Shown in pieces: positions 1 to 13,915 of a stretch of DNA of 64,000 nucleotides; the stretch's first letter is position 1, and each line of letters opens with the position of its first letter. Under the pieces are notes generated by a model. It ran no database searches. It was given only the letters and a program-made list of their open reading frames with translations, and was not told where the DNA came from. Position numbers and translations under genes: made by a program. Source of the DNA: Camelus ferus. Its lineage: Eukaryota. The stretch is from assembly GCF_009834535.1 (NCBI RefSeq), contig NC_045697.1:24988001-25052000 (forward strand), written 5' to 3'.

Positions 1-230
1 TTTTGATTACAAAAAAGGCAAGAAAATAAAGACATAATTAGAGAATATAAGTAGGTAGAATAAATAAATAGAAATCTATGACTCTATTACCTATTGAGCA
101 AAACAAGTCTAGTTTTAGAAACATTTCTCTAATTTTGGTAAAGTTTATTTAACCCAAAGTTCTGGCAAACTGTCCATTTTTTTCTGCATATGATTATTTC
201 AAATATTGAGACAATGTATCACAATTTTAA

Positions 231-572
231 TAACCTTTATTTTTCAAAGCAGTTTTAGGTTTACAGGAAGTATATACTCCTTCCCCATCCAACCCCCTTC
301 TACTATTAACATCTTACATTAGGATGATACATTTTTTATAACTGATCAACAAATATTGATAGATTATTATTAACTGAAGTCCCCAGTTTACATCAGTGTT
401 CCCTCTTTGTGTTTTACAGTTCTATGGATTTTGAAAAATCATGTTATTTATCTGCCATAATAGTATCAAAATAGTTTCACTTCCCTAAAAATGCAATGTA
501 TTCCATGAATTTATCCTTTCTTCCCTTCTATCTGAACCTCTGGCAGCCACTCATCATAGTTTTGCCTTTCAA
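231..572 (-). mobile_element. Old L1 (L1MC/MD-like) 3' end fragment
   Basis: agcagttttaggtttacag...attattattaactgaagtcc...ttctatggattttga...aatagtttcact motifs. Confidence 0.75.
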
Positions 573-812
573 AGTACATAACACATTTTCACTGATAGTT
601 CTTACAGCAGCAACACATTCTTTAGGTACCTATGAATTAGTTGATCAAGGGACTTACTGACTTTTTCAGACTTTAGTTTAAAGGCTCATTGTGATCCAGG
701 CTAAAATGTTTGCCTGGGCAGAAATTAAGGCTTTTATTTGCTTCTCCTTTCTCCTTCCTTCACGTCTGGAATTTTGGCCACAGAACACATGTCCTTATGA
801 AGATCCCACAAT

Positions 813-895
813 AAACAAAAACTTGCTTGAGGGAAAACCAAAAACCAAAAAACCAAAAAAACCAAAAAAACAAAAACTTGCTTGAGGGAAAACCA
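813..895 (+). repeat. 28-bp perfect direct repeat around an (A)nCC ladder
   Basis: aaacaaaaacttgcttgagggaaaacca at 813-840 and 868-895. Confidence 0.95.
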
Positions 896-1476
896 GGAAT
901 TGAGAGAATATTTCCAGGAGACAGAAACTCAGCAGAGATTCCCAAGTACTTCTGGAAGTATGTGATGATTAAGACAACAGAAACCATGAATGAAAAAGAA
1001 AGGAAACAAGAAACCCAAGTTTCCTAATCAAAAGCTCCCAAAGGAGGACTTTATAAGTGGACCAGTTGACAAAGGATGAAATGTACTGAAACAATTGTTC
1101 TCTACCCGAAGAGCCCATCTGTTTAGAGCTACAGTAATTTGAATAGTAAGCTTCAGTAATTTTGTTTTGTTTGCTCTTTCATCACTATTTTTCTCTTAAG
1201 AAGAAATCTGATGACGTAAAAAAAATAATGATTGTTAGGGAAGTAGAGAAATGAATTAGTAGAGACCACATAATTCAGTAGGAAAAGTTAATTAAATTTG
1301 TATGACATCAAAAACATTATATGAAAAATATGAATTGAAAATATATTTATGTTAATTTTAATTATTTCTCTGCTATACATAAGTGTATTCAAATATGTGC
1401 CTCAAATCATCACCTGCACAAGCACAACTACAAGTAAACACAACTACAAATGGAAGCACTGAAAAAACCAACTGTA

Positions 1477-1754
1477 TGGTTGACCTTTGAACAACACAGG
1501 TTTGACCTGCATAGGTCCACTTCTACAGGCATATTTAAAAGAAATCTACAGTTGGCCCTTCATATCTTGGAGTTCACATCCTTAGATTCAACCAACTGCA
1601 CAGACTGCAAACTTAATACACAATCCGCATCTGTGGTTGCTTGAATCAGCAAATGCTGTACCTGTGGATATGGAGGGCCAACTATGGGGCTGGAGTATCC
1701 ATAGGTTTTAGCATCCCCTGGGACCAATCCCCTTCAGATACTGAGGGACAACTA
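1477..1754. mobile_element. Tigger2/MER2-like Tc1-mariner MITE
   Basis: Starts gttgacctttgaacaacacaggtttga, ends accaatcccc..gatactgagggacaact, TA on both sides; internal inverted repeat at ~1549-1566 / 1667-1684. Confidence 0.85.
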
Positions 1755-2508
1755 TAGCTGTTATAATATTTAAGTGCCATAACTGAGGCAGGAATAAAGT
1801 TAAAACTTTACTGATCCTGTAGACAAAGGCTCTAATAGAAAGAATAATGTGTCTAAAGTGAGATCAGAGCTAAAGTCCCTCCTACGTTCACAACTGGCCA
1901 TGTAAACCTACACAAACATATTAATTTCTCTGAGTAAGGTTGTTGTATGATCTTTATTACATAGGATGATGTTACTCAATCTGGAATAACGTTAAAGCCT
2001 TTTAAATTTTTTAGATGTCTAGCTGAATTCCATTATTTTAATTAAAATGTTAAATATTTGCAAACATAGAGATAGATTTGTTTGTTATGTTTTTACCCTT
2101 ATGCAACTGTGAAACAAATTTAGAAATTATATACAAAAAAATCTAACAGTTAAATTTAAATTAGTACACCAATTTAATGTGACATTACATTGTTTACATT
2201 ACTTAAATATTATTAAACCTGTTCATATTAATTAAATCAATCAGCAATGGTTTATGAAATGTACACATTGGTTCAGGTATCGTGACCTATCCCAGAATTA
2301 CAACAATGAACAAAAATCTACATGACTCCATTCTCAAGAATGTTCTCTTGAATGCAGCATGACTTCACCATGGTTTACAATGTAATGATACAATTCTCAT
2401 GAAACTTTTATCTGTTCAAATAACCTGAGAAAACATTACATAAATTAACATTCAATTGCAGTGGGTTACAGAATAAATAATTTCTGGTCTTTTTATTATT
2501 TTATGCAA

Positions 2509-2817
2509 ATGAAAGACATTAAATTTGTAATACTTGGCACCTGCATGATACTAAACACAATTACAAATGGGAGCACTGAAATCAATTGCCTGTATTTGGT
2601 AATAAGAACCCAAGTAATACACAATATGCTTACAGTGTGTTTTTAAAGATTATCTTGAAAATATTTTTTAAAACCAAGAATTCCCAATATATAATGCTCA
2701 AATATCACAAAGAACTCTAACAAATGTAGATCTGTGATCTCCGGGATTTGAGATTTACTAACATCAGGTGAAATGCCTTCTTTGAGGTCTAATAAAAATG
2801 CTGAAATGTGGGTCAAC
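2509..2817 (+). pseudogene. Relic EGF-like fragment followed by a LamG start
   Basis: GTCMILNTITNGSTEINCLY from 2536 resembles an EGF 'GTC...C.C' pattern. MPSLRSN...W from 2773 resembles EYS 'PSFRSNELSW' (recalled). Confidence 0.4.
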
Positions 2818-3254
2818 ATGCTATGGTGGGAAAAGCAATGAACTGAGAGATGAATAGTTTCTCATTAACCAAAGGTGTGAATGTTAGGATCATTTTCCTC
2901 TTCTGTGAATTAGCAGGCTCAGATGTGACGATTTCTAGGGTCTTTCTTGGTTCTTAAATCCTACGAAACAATAGACAATAAAATCTTTTCTAAGCCATAA
3001 ACATCAACTCTATTTCTGGAAAATTTAGATCTCTCAGTATTTCATTCTCAGGTAAAATTTTCAGTTAATGAAACTATTTCTAACTATGCCAATAACTTTA
3101 AAATTTGCTTCAGAAAAAAGTTATTTACAAAGGAATAAACAATTGACAAGATAAGATGGTTTCATAGGGTTTAAAGAAGTGATACACATTTTTGAGAATG
3201 GCAGTCATTAGAATATGTTAAAAATAAAACTGTGCTGTGAGAGTGAGATACGTT

Positions 3255-4975
3255 CTATCCATAACCTCATTTTCAGATCTCTCTTCTTTGAAGTAGTGGG
3301 TAATGTGATATAGGTACTTTCTGAAATAGCATTCCACATATTTCCATCAGTGTCTGTGGAACTTGACGCTAAATTTCTATCTTCTGTTCTTGGTTCTGAA
3401 ATTTGAGAAGAGTTTTACATAGTTTCAAAGGCATAAAGTTATCAACTTTATTGTACCAATTTTCTAATTATCAAGACAGCTTGAATAGTTGGTTTGGCAA
3501 AAAATTGGTTGTGTCATTGTTTCATCTGCTGTATCTTATTTTTTTTTATTAGAAAAAAATAAAATGTTATGATATATTGAGAATTATAGTCCTTCACAAA
3601 GATAATATGCTTAAAGATTTTGGCTTTTTGTTAACGGTTGTTCTCAAACATGACTATGGTCTTATAAAATCCACTGTTCTGTAGTCTATTCCGAATACTG
3701 ACTTATTTTGACAGCTTCTCTTAGTAGCTTGTTACTCTAAATCCATTATAAGAAGGTTAATGCTTTATAGTCGATAACTTGATATTTTGTTTTTTGGAAG
3801 CATATTTCCTGGCTGACCTCTATTTTTTCCTTCTTTACCTTAATCTTCCACTGATTGGATAACTGATGGTTCCTGGATGATTTCTCAAATTGTTACTCAT
3901 TGTCACTCGTCTTTTGAGGATTTTCTTGCTAAACTTCCTAAGCCTTAGATTTGTTTTGACTGATTTGCTAAAGGCATACACATGTCCTTTCTCCATAGAC
4001 AAAGACTTTAGCCTCAGGATTGCTTGTGATATGATCCAGAAATCCCACTCCTGGGCATATATCTGGAGGGAACTCTAATTCGAAAAGAAACATGAACTCA
4101 ATGTTCATAGCAGCACTACTGACAATAGTTAAGACATGAAAACAATCTAAATGTCCATTGACAGATGACTGGATAAAGACATTGTGGTGTATATATGTAC
4201 AATAGAACACTACTCAGTCATACAAAGAATAAAATAATGCCATTTGCAGCAACATGGAATGGACCTAGAGATGATCATACTAAGTAAAGGCAGGCCAGAA
4301 AGAGAAAGAAAAAATATCATATGATATCACTTACGTGTGGAATCTTAAATAAAGGGACACAAATGAACTTATTTAAAATAGACAGAGACTCACAGACATA
4401 GAAAACAAACTTACGGTTACCAGAGGGGAAAGCGGAGGGTAGGGGTGGAGGGATAAATTGGGAGTTCAGGATTTGCAGATACTAACTACTGTATATAAAA
4501 TAGATAAACAAGGTCCTAGCACAGGAAACTATATTCAATACATTGTAATAGTCTAAATGAAAAAAAATGAAAAGAAATAGATATATAACTGAATCACTAT
4601 GCTGTACACCAGAAATTAACACAACATTGTAAACTGACTATATGTTAATAAAAAAAAAAAAGGAGACTATTTTTTGAACCCTTTGGGAAACTTACAAGGT
4701 TAGAAATGTCTCCCAAAATGATAAAGCATAATTTCACTGGGAAAAAAGTCGTATTACTCCATGTACATAAGGAGCACCTAGGATGCTGGGCAACACTCCT
4801 GGGTTTGCTTTCTCAGGTAGAGAAATTAGATTCATAAGTCATCATGGATCAATGCTCTCTACAAGTGCATACACTGGTGGCAAAAACTATTCCAGAATCA
4901 TGCAAGTTGTCAACGTCACTAGAGTGTGGGCCTTGACCATTAACTATTCAAAAGGGGTTGTCAAGAAATAATAGA
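3255..4975 (+). pseudogene. Relic LamG pieces, with an L1 lying between them
   Basis: NLIFRSL...VLGS (~3273-3397); ITDGSW (~3859, 'DG.W' motif); after acceptor ctcag|4817, LSTSAYTGG and then FKRGCQEII in another frame (like 'YIGG...F.GCI'). Confidence 0.45.
4030..4662 (+). mobile_element. 5'-truncated, relatively young L1 (ORF2 end, 3'UTR, polyA)
   Basis: atatgatccagaaatcccactcctgggcatatat...aatgccatttgcagcaacatgg...polyA. Confidence 0.93.
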
Positions 4976-5690
4976 AAAATGTTAGCATCCTTTTGATTAC
5001 ATAGGGATTCACTAGTTTTCCAAAGAATGTCTAGATGTGTTTGATTGTACTTCATGGGGAAGTTTGTTAATTTTAAGAGAAAAAGAAAACCCTCAAAGTG
5101 ATCTCAAAGAGAAATTTAATCAGGGAGTTTGGCTCATTTAATAGTAATTACTTCTAGCCAGTTGAATGAGTAAATCTTCATTTTTAAAGTTGCAGAACAA
5201 GCAGAGTTGTTTTGGACAAGTAGCCACCATGCCCAGAGAGGTCAGAAATTGAAATACTAGACACATTTTTGAAGAGAAGGACAAAGACTTCTCAGTTTCT
5301 CTACAAGCAAAAATCTCAGGAGAACTCTTTTTCAAGTTTCCTTCTACTTAGATGAAAGGGAGAGTAACAATTCTTGACTTTCTAACACAACTTCACCTAA
5401 GGGTCTTAGAGGATTCTTGATAGTCCTATCTTGACATAGGTCTGTGTCCAGCAGAGAAAGTTACATGAACCCTAAATTTCTACATTTCTACTACATACCT
5501 CTGGGAATCAGGGTTTTCAGTAATTGTTATCAAAATAAAACCAAAATGAATCGCATATAAAAGAAAGTATGTATATTACTTTGTGAAAGAGTAGCTTTTT
5601 ATTAAAATTTATTTTGGGGGAAGAAAAAGGCTGTGTATGAGATTGTTTCCTCCTTTAGATAACTGACCTTAATGTTCTCTTTATTTCTAG

Positions 5691-5882
5691 CCTTAGAATT
5701 CCTTCGGTTTAGGTTCATTTATAACAATACACTCCACTCTAGGGACTGTTAGACTGAAATTGAGGAATGATAACATGATTTATCCAGATTCACTTTGGTG
5801 ATCTACTTCTCTGACAAAGAGTTAATCCAATACTTATATTAGCAAATTTTAGGTGCTGAAGTCTTAATGTAAAATAAATTAC
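5691..5882 (+). pseudogene. Relic LamG N-terminal half exon
   Basis: Acceptor ttctctttatttctag|; fragments IPS/SFIT and LVIYFSDKELIQYLY*QILGAEV. Confidence 0.35.
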
Positions 5883-6437
5883 TCACCATTTTATACTCAC
5901 ATGTCAACATGTCCATCCTTAAAACTAGAAACCAATGATCTAACTAGTATATTTGTATCTAGGAAATTACACTTTCCAATTCATTTTGAACTTGACCTCC
6001 TTTGATCTAATTTACCTGTAGACCCTGATTATGACCACTGACTCATTTGCCTGGGATTGTGTTTGTAGTTATAAAATTGCTAGCTTAAATAAAGATGAGC
6101 CTATTGTTCTTTACTGTAATGATCTGAATATTTTACATGACTTTTACATAGAACTATGTCCATGAATTAAGTAGGGCATGTATTATTTTTATCCATATTA
6201 TTATTTCTGTTTTTACACATTAATAAAATGTGGCTTAAAAATGTTCCTAAATTCATAAACCTTAATGTTATGGACAGAACCTGAGCACAGATCTTGACGC
6301 TACATTTCTACTTATTGACTTAATGGACAGTATGTCAGTTAAGTCCAGCACATGAAGTGTACTATGGCGGACACTAAGGATGTAGAGATCAATAAGACAA
6401 CTTCTGATATAAAAGCACTCACAACTGAGTTGGAGAA

Positions 6438-6766
6438 TGTCTTAGCACTTTTGAGCACTATTAACAAATATCATAGACTATGTGGCTTAAAAACAACAGA
6501 AATGTATTTCTCATAGTTCTGGAGGCTGGAAGTTGAAGATCATGGTTCTGATAATGGCCTTTATCCAGCTACAGACTGCCAGCTTCTTGCTGTGTCCTCA
6601 TGTGGTGGAAGAGGTGAGGAGTTTCTTTCAGGCTTCTTTTACAAGGACATTAGTCCTACTCAGGAGGGCATCACCTCCCAAAGCCCCACCTCCTAATACC
6701 ATCACACCAGGCATTAGGTTTTCAACCTTAAAAACTTTGAGGGGACACACTTATTCAGACCAGAGA
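6438..6766 (-). mobile_element. MLT1A-like MaLR solo LTR
   Basis: tgtcttag...tttctcatagttctggaggctggaag...cccaaagccccacctcctaataccatcac...ttcagacc. Confidence 0.88.
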
Positions 6767-6829
6767 CTAAGTTACCAATATTAGTCTCTCATCAATCACT
6801 AAACATTGATCGGAATGATCCAAGAATTC

Positions 6830-7880
6830 ACTAGTATCACCAGTGGATACATGAGAACAGACATGAGTAAGCCCTCCCTTAGAGTATCAGAAAAGGTTCA
6901 CAGAAATAATGGTGCTTATGTTGAACCTTATGGGAAAATTCATGTTTTTCATGACTGACTTAAAAAAGAAAATTATTTCAGGTTAGAGATGGCAGCATGT
7001 GCAACAGAATGGTGTAAAGATACAGGCCAAGATCACTGTATTCATAAAGTTGAGTCATGAAGAAACAGTGGCAATCTTTAACCCAGAGTTGACAAGATCA
7101 AATCTCTTGGTAAAAGACAACTTAGCATTAAAGAAGAGTCTGCAGAGAAGTAGGAGTTGTTGGCAAAAACGATCAAGACACAAAGAACACAAAAAACAAA
7201 AAACAGCTAAAAGAATGTTGCGATGATCTGTCTCAGAACTGAATCAACTGAGAAAGTGTCATGAAGACTGAGAAGGTTGAAGCTGAAGGGTTTAATAATC
7301 ATCTAGATTTTAAGAACAAAGGAGATGGATGAGTTGTGGATGACTGTGCAGATGGCGGTGCTATTAGCTAATGAAGCAAAACAAAATGGTAATGATAATA
7401 ATAATGATAATGAAAACTATGAGACTGAAAGGGAGAATCATAAACTGAAATTTATGTGCATGCCAGGAATATTCAACATGCACCCATTAGGTAATTAATT
7501 TCAAAAGCATATGCCTATTAAACATTTATTATATGCTAGGCACTGTTTTTTTTTAATGTATGAGTAAAAGAAGCATGATTAGATATTATAAAAGTCAGTG
7601 GATGAGGTATATAGTAAGCAGTTAGTAAAAAAAAAAAAAACATAGATGGCTAGAACCTGGAGAATTTTCTATGAAGAAAATTAATAGGACGCCATGATAG
7701 AAGAATACATTATTTGGATGAGGAGGTCTCATGTCTGAGCAGGGGACAGGTGAAAACAGAGGTCTAGGCCTTAGAAGCAGAGGTCTGAACTGAACACACA
7801 GACTGGGAGATCAACATACAGCTAGTAATTGAGGCTTTGAAAGTGGAAACATTTCTAAGAGACAGTGTGACAAATTAGAA
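6830..7880 (-). mobile_element. Degraded L2 fragments
   Basis: Purine-rich L2-like text (ggatgactg..gatggcggtgctattagct; cagactgggagatcaacatacag). Confidence 0.5.
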
Positions 7881-8827
7881 AGAGCCATTTAGCTAATGAT
7901 AAACTAAACTATGATTAACTGGCCATGTCTATTTGTTTCAAAAATACTGTAAAGAGATTGAGGCTAAATTTATAAGGTTTTAGAAGGTATTACATCATAG
8001 TAGGGTTTATGAAAATGGATCTGTATAAAGAGAAAAATGAGTACCCCCAAGCCAGCCAGTAAATAGACATCACAGACATCATGAAATATTGAGGTTCCTT
8101 TTTCTGGTTCATTCTTTATGGCATAAATCTAAAATTAAATAATGTTCCTAAGATATAACTGTAAATGGTAACAATTTCCTGGAATGTTTTAACATGACTG
8201 CATACTCTAGGAAGTAAAAATTTAATGTTAAAAATAAAGAAATTCCTAGGGAGTAGGTGATCTCTTACTAATGAGTAAAGGTAATCCCAGACTAATGCAA
8301 CGCTTTCATCTTTATTATTGCTAATAAAAGTAAACTCATTATCAGACAAATAAACCACATATTGTGAAATGATTCTTCAAATGGTATACTAAAGAAATAA
8401 AAATATGTTTATTCAGATGGATAGGAGTGGGTTCTGAAGCTCTAAATATTTTAATTATAATAGTACTTTAATCATATAAACATACAAGAACTTGTTCTTG
8501 CTACTGAAAATAATCATCATTTTACTCAAGCAACCAAATCTGTCTCTTCATCTACTTGAATATTGATGTAACAGCTGAGGTAATAGCTTTCTTCTAAATA
8601 TCCTTATGTTTAATACAAAGAAACAAAAACCAAAAAACAATTATTTAAGGTCAGCTCTAAGTCAGGTCATCTCATTAAAAGAAAAAATCAATTCACGCTA
8701 TGTTAAACCAAAAATGAATTAAGTTTTTGTGTAAGCCAAGACAAATCTGAGGAAGATATTGGAACTAGCCAACTAGTCCCTAACCACTATGTTTAAAAAG
8801 TTAAGAAATCTAATTTGATCAATTAGC

Positions 8828-8930
8828 AACTGTTTGTACCCATTTAAATTTGTGCCCATGGACAGAGTGGCTTGTTCATATTCAACTGCAGAGAAGAATG
8901 CTTCTAACTGGTTAGGTGACATTGTATAGC
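8828..8930 (+). pseudogene. Relic EGF-like module
   Basis: VCTHLNLC/HG...FNCREEC/SNWLGD with frameshifts; resembles 'FSCRCLPDWAG..C'. Confidence 0.4.
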
Positions 8931-9883
8931 CATATAACAGAATGTCTACACTATGCTATAGAACAGAACATTTAACCTTCCTACCAACTGTGTTGCAGAA
9001 ATAAAGATACAGGATGCATAAAGATTTAAAATGTAACTACCTATGGAATATAATAATATTTTAGTTAATCTTTTTATTAGATTCATTCTAATTATCAGAT
9101 ATTTTAGAAAGTGTTTTGAAAGCAATACTCTCAAAGGTTCTCAGTACAATGAATTAAATCAATATGTGTCACACAAAGTGCAGGATCTTTTGGAAAATGT
9201 AAAATAGTAAATTTCTGAAAATTACCTTTCCCCAATGAACTATAGCTGCATTTTTATTGAGAGTTTTTATTTCAGTGTGCAAAGTCTTTAAGAAATTAAA
9301 TTTGAAAAAACAGATTTAGCTTAAAATTATGGTGATATGGAAAATTACTAGTTTAACAAATTATTGCTAATTAGTCAATGCTTTAGTCTCCCTGGACTTT
9401 ACAATATTCACCCAATTTAAAAAACAAAAAGAATCAAAGAGAAAGGGCTCTCATGATACTAATCAAGGGAATGTAAGGCACCATGATTGACTAAAGAGAA
9501 GAATCTGGCTGGAGGAGATCATTGGTGTCCTCTGAGCAATAGTGTTTTCTATACACTGACATTGAGTGGGATTTAGAGATGGGTTAGAAAGGTGAATTAA
9601 ATTAACTCCTAAGACTTTTCAAAAATTAAGATCCTAAAACTCTACATAGGTTTCATCTGTTTCTAAGGCTGTGTTTTCTGTTTTGGGTTTTTTTTTTTTT
9701 TTTTTTTCCCATTTTTTTTAAACCCCTCCAGGGGAAGAGGAGAACTGGCTATTGTTTTCAATAAAATCAATGTTGTAGCTCCCTGCTAAAATGTTTTTAC
9801 TTCAACTTTGGTCAATATTCCTTAATGGCCACTTATTTTTATCACATTTCAAAACTTTTATGAGTGAGGGGGGAGGGAAGTGG

Positions 9884-10130
9884 AATGCCTATAATTCCTT
9901 CCTACGCCTCAGTTTCTTATATAATTCAACAGCTTAGTGGTGGCTCTATTGTTTCTGGAGATTTGGCTAAAAATGTCACTTCTTTAGGTTGTTCTTTTTT
10001 TTCATAGAGAATAAAATATTTTAATTGCTGAAAGATGCCTATCCAGTGATACTGTTTTTTACGCACCTAATCAAAAACCTCATCCAAGCCATCTTTTATT
10101 GCCTTGCTGCACAATTTAATACGATGCTAA
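9884..10130 (+). pseudogene. Relic LamG N-terminal half
   Basis: IIPSYASVSYI ('PSF.G.SY'), SSDTVFYA ('DG.LFY') and FIALLHN ('FLAIGLHN') occur in that order. Confidence 0.45.
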
Positions 10131-10879
10131 CTGCTACCTAATTCCATATCTTACAGTTGAGGCACAACAGGTCTTTAGGTCTTTTAATCTTTCTCTGGCT
10201 CATGATCTATATCCTGTATTCAAAAAATCCTCTCCAGAATGAGCATATATATAATATACTCATCTGGAAACACTAGAGAAGGGCAAGGTTTATTCAAGCC
10301 CCTCTGCTTAGATTTGGGTATCCAGAGAAGATAGAAAACATCTCTTGGTGATTTAGTCCTCTCCACTCACCCCTTGCCCTACCATTCCTCAATATTTCTT
10401 CCCTAGGCAAGCATCGGTTAGATTACACAACCAGTCTTATCAGCCCATAGGATTAGCTGCCAGAAATGCACTTCCCTATCCTCTCCACTGTCAATCCTAT
10501 AATCTGACCCCAAGTCACTTTCTTCACTACCATTAACTGAAGTGATCTGCAGCTGGCTCCTTTTCCTCAATTAGCAATAAGTAGGAAGTGTAAGAAAGGA
10601 GGTATAGATTTCTAGCTACCCTAAATATCCAAATCCCCTTGTCATTTCTAACACTATACACAGCATGCACTCTTAACACCAGATTTTATTTTAAAGGTAT
10701 AAGAACAAAGACATCTCTATTACTTTCTTTATCCTCAAAACTTAGTTTATGAAAAATAGAAAGTTAATCATTTTTGAAACAATTGGGAAGTAACTAGGAA
10801 TCTTAATCATAATATGTTGTAAGCAAAATGCCTCGTATAAACACTGAAGTCAGGATTAAAAAGACAATACATACGGCAA

Positions 10880-11780
10880 CATGGATTTTATTTAAAATGT
10901 TTTCTAGCTAGCTAATAAAATTAGATAAGAGAAAGTAGGGAACCAAAACAATTGAAAATAGGAAGAAATTCAATAATTCATAGATGTTATAACTTACCTG
11001 AAAGATACAAAAATATATTTAAGTACTAATCCAAGATTAAATAATTATCTATAGATAACATACTAAAGATAATATACTAAAACACTATTTTAAACAATAT
11101 GAGGATTAAGTAAAGCTATCAAAGCAAGAGCTTTCTTATAGCTTCTCCTCTATAAAGAGCTGTTAGTTGTAAAATGTAAGGGAAAAAATCACATTTACCA
11201 CTGCATTTAAAGTATAAAATATCTAGGAATAACATAATATGAAATATACAAAGGCAAAGAATATACTCAAGACAAAACAAAAATTCAGAGCAACTGATGT
11301 TCAGAATATAAGTTGGAGCAATTTCTTTAGGGAGCAATATGACAATATATTTTACTTTTGAGAGGTGCATTTTTTTTTGCTCAGAATTACTGTTTATGAT
11401 AATTTATCCTACAGACCATAGATGTGTACAAAAATAATTCATCCACTGCAGCAAGGTTTGTAATGGTAAAAGACTAAAAATAAGTTAATCGCTTCTAAGT
11501 TAGGGGCAAATCAAATAATTAATAGTACATTTTTGCAATGAAATGATAGCCATTTAAAAATCAGTCATTTAGGTTACCCAGTAAAAAATAACCCAAATAC
11601 AGATTTTGGATATTAGAGATTTAGAGTGGCAAGGAGTACAGTGTATACTTGTATTTTTAAAAAGATTTACAGCCACACATGAATACATATACATGCACAT
11701 ATGCACTCAAATATATACATACATTTTCACTTGCATGATTGAATATGCAGTATGTACATTAGAGTCTTGTGGATACTTAC
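10880..11780 (+). mobile_element. Very old L1 (L1ME-like) fragments
   Basis: Degenerate ORF2/3' motifs (ggagagcaatatgacaatat-like; atttatcctacag; cagcaaggtttgtaatggtaaaa). Confidence 0.55.
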
Positions 11781-12110
11781 CCCTCTGATGAAAACAGCCC
11801 AACCAAGAAGAGGCTGGAGAAATGTATAAGCACTGTTTTTAAAGTGGGGCTCTCTGTCAAGAATTCATCCCTAGTGCCCTAACATATCTATGTATGCAAT
11901 GAATTAATTTCACACCCGTTAGTCCATAATGACTAGATATGTAACATTCTAGGCAACGATGAGAAAATACTCAAATTACATTCCATGCTCTGTGATTCAG
12001 TGAAGAAGTCTGGTTTAGAAAGACTAGAAGTCATGAGAGGGATATTTAAGTCATATATTGTTTGATACTGTTTGATTTTTCTAACTGTCAAGTGTATTTA
12101 TTTTTTACAA

Positions 12111-12418
12111 TTACCATTTCGTGACCTAAATACTGTGTGTAGTGGACAAAGACATAATCTCACCCAAAGAACTGCTTATACTGCCCAGAATATTTTCACA
12201 GATGTCCCTATGTGTCTTAATGACTTTTATGAGGGCCACACAACCAATTCCTTGGCCCACAATCATTTGGGTCATGGCTACAAGGCAGTTCTGATTATAG
12301 ATCTTGCCTCTGTGATGAGCAGTGAAATGGTGGATGTGTCCTATAATTTTCTGGCACATGGATTCTGAGTAATGAACAATGGGCCATTTTCCTTCTCTCC
12401 TTCACTTTGAAGCTAAAT
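12111..12418 (+). pseudogene. Relic LamG C-terminal half exon, like the last EYS LamG
   Basis: Long nearly open frame LPFRDLNTVCSGQRHNLT...TAYTAQNIFTDVP...HLGHGY...MVDV. Upstream ttttttacaa looks like a mutated acceptor; strong donor AAT|GTAAGT at 12418/12419. Confidence 0.55.
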
Positions 12419-13382
12419 GTAAGTGACACTTCCAATTTAAATCTTGAAGTTAAAGTAATGTTGAGGTAACTGACAAATGAATGACAACTATAGTTCTTCA
12501 CATTATAAAATAGTATATTAAACCTATCTCTCTTGTGAATTACTTTATTCTTTATTCACAGTTGATCTCTCTTCTTTGTTCTTGGATCTTTAATCTCAAA
12601 GGCAGTTACAATACTTGACCTAATAATAATGATAGTTCATGTTCTTCAGTCAAATACTGGATCTATCCTACTGGTAAGGGCAATACTTTGATGGTTTCTT
12701 TTAGATAACACACAGTGAAATTGGAGTGCAAGCATTAAACTTTAGAATCAAAATCTAGCTTGAATTTCTTCCTAGCTTCTGCTTTATTAAAATTTCCCCT
12801 TATCATAAGCATTATTACATTGCTGTACAAGCAGACTAACACAATACTCACACTCATTCTACGCCATAATTTAAGACAGTTTCTTATAGAAAGAGATGCC
12901 CACTTTTCACATGAAGTCTCAAAAAATTGATCAAACGTAAATACGTAAATGTTGAAAGGTGCAAAAAATGATAAAATTGTTTATGAATAACATTTACATG
13001 ACTTATTTAAGCAGATATTTAATTAAGTGTTAACTTAGAAACCCTGCCCTTTGTACTTTCCATTTCATAAAATAGTTTTATCAAAATCATTTATACACAT
13101 GATGCCTTCAGTATCACTCAAACATTTTTAGTGTCATCTAATAGTTTTTAGAGTGCATCATCCTCACATGTCTTAATAGTATGAGTTACAGCACTTGTGA
13201 AAATCATGTATTATGCTCTCACTGAAAATACATTCCAAATCTGTAAGTACCCATTAATAGCAGGGTTTTATATTTTCATTTCTCCAACATATTTATATAT
13301 GTGATCTCAATGATGTCAACACCTACTGATTATTTAGAAAAATAATCTTTAAGAGATTTGTTTACAATATTACATTACAGAA

Positions 13383-13915
13383 AATGCATGGCCCCATGCC
13401 CCAGTAAAATCACTATGCCTCTGCTAATTCCTTCACCTTCCATTTATAGTTTACCTATTCCACTGATTAACTTTTTGTCAACATCCAGAACTAGGACTGC
13501 TGGAAATCATTTTAGTACCTTCTAAATTCAGGATATTTTAGTCTAATGTAAATTCTGGGTAATATGAAATCCCCTATATTTAAAAAGACAAGGCACATTA
13601 CTCCTTTCTGAAAGATAATTTTTAGGACAACAAGAAGTATGATGTTTCAATCATATGTGTATTAGTCATGACAATTAACAAATATTTGAGGGGAGACATA
13701 ACTTTTACTACTGTCTCAGGTTTGCTTTATTGAATTTTTAATGTTGCTTTTATGACTTCTTCTAATTGGAAATGTCAAAGATGACAGAGGATTGCAACTA
13801 AGAAGAAGTTATGCTGCATCGTATTTTAAAGTTTACTTTAGAAGCCTCGGTACTGTTCTATAGCTCCCCAGTGTTTAGGGTCTGATGTTTACTGCAGTTC
13901 AGTCAGAGATGAGAA
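13383..13915 (+). pseudogene. Relic EGF fragment and LamG N-terminal half exon
   Basis: KCMAPCPSK/SLC...FTYS (~13383-13462); acceptor ctgtctcag|13720, then FKVYFRSLGTVL/YSS (like EYS 'NGTILYS'). Confidence 0.45.

Noticed and set aside
813..895. Repeat-spacer-repeat read as a CRISPR-like array
   Set aside because: Only two copies, a low-complexity spacer and a mammalian context.
5887..5924. Minus-strand micro-exon with two GTGAGT donors, and similar candidates at 34606-34729 and 44872-44933
   Set aside because: Isolated motifs, weak acceptors for the latter two, and no coherent reading frame; they overlap or abut + strand relic exons.
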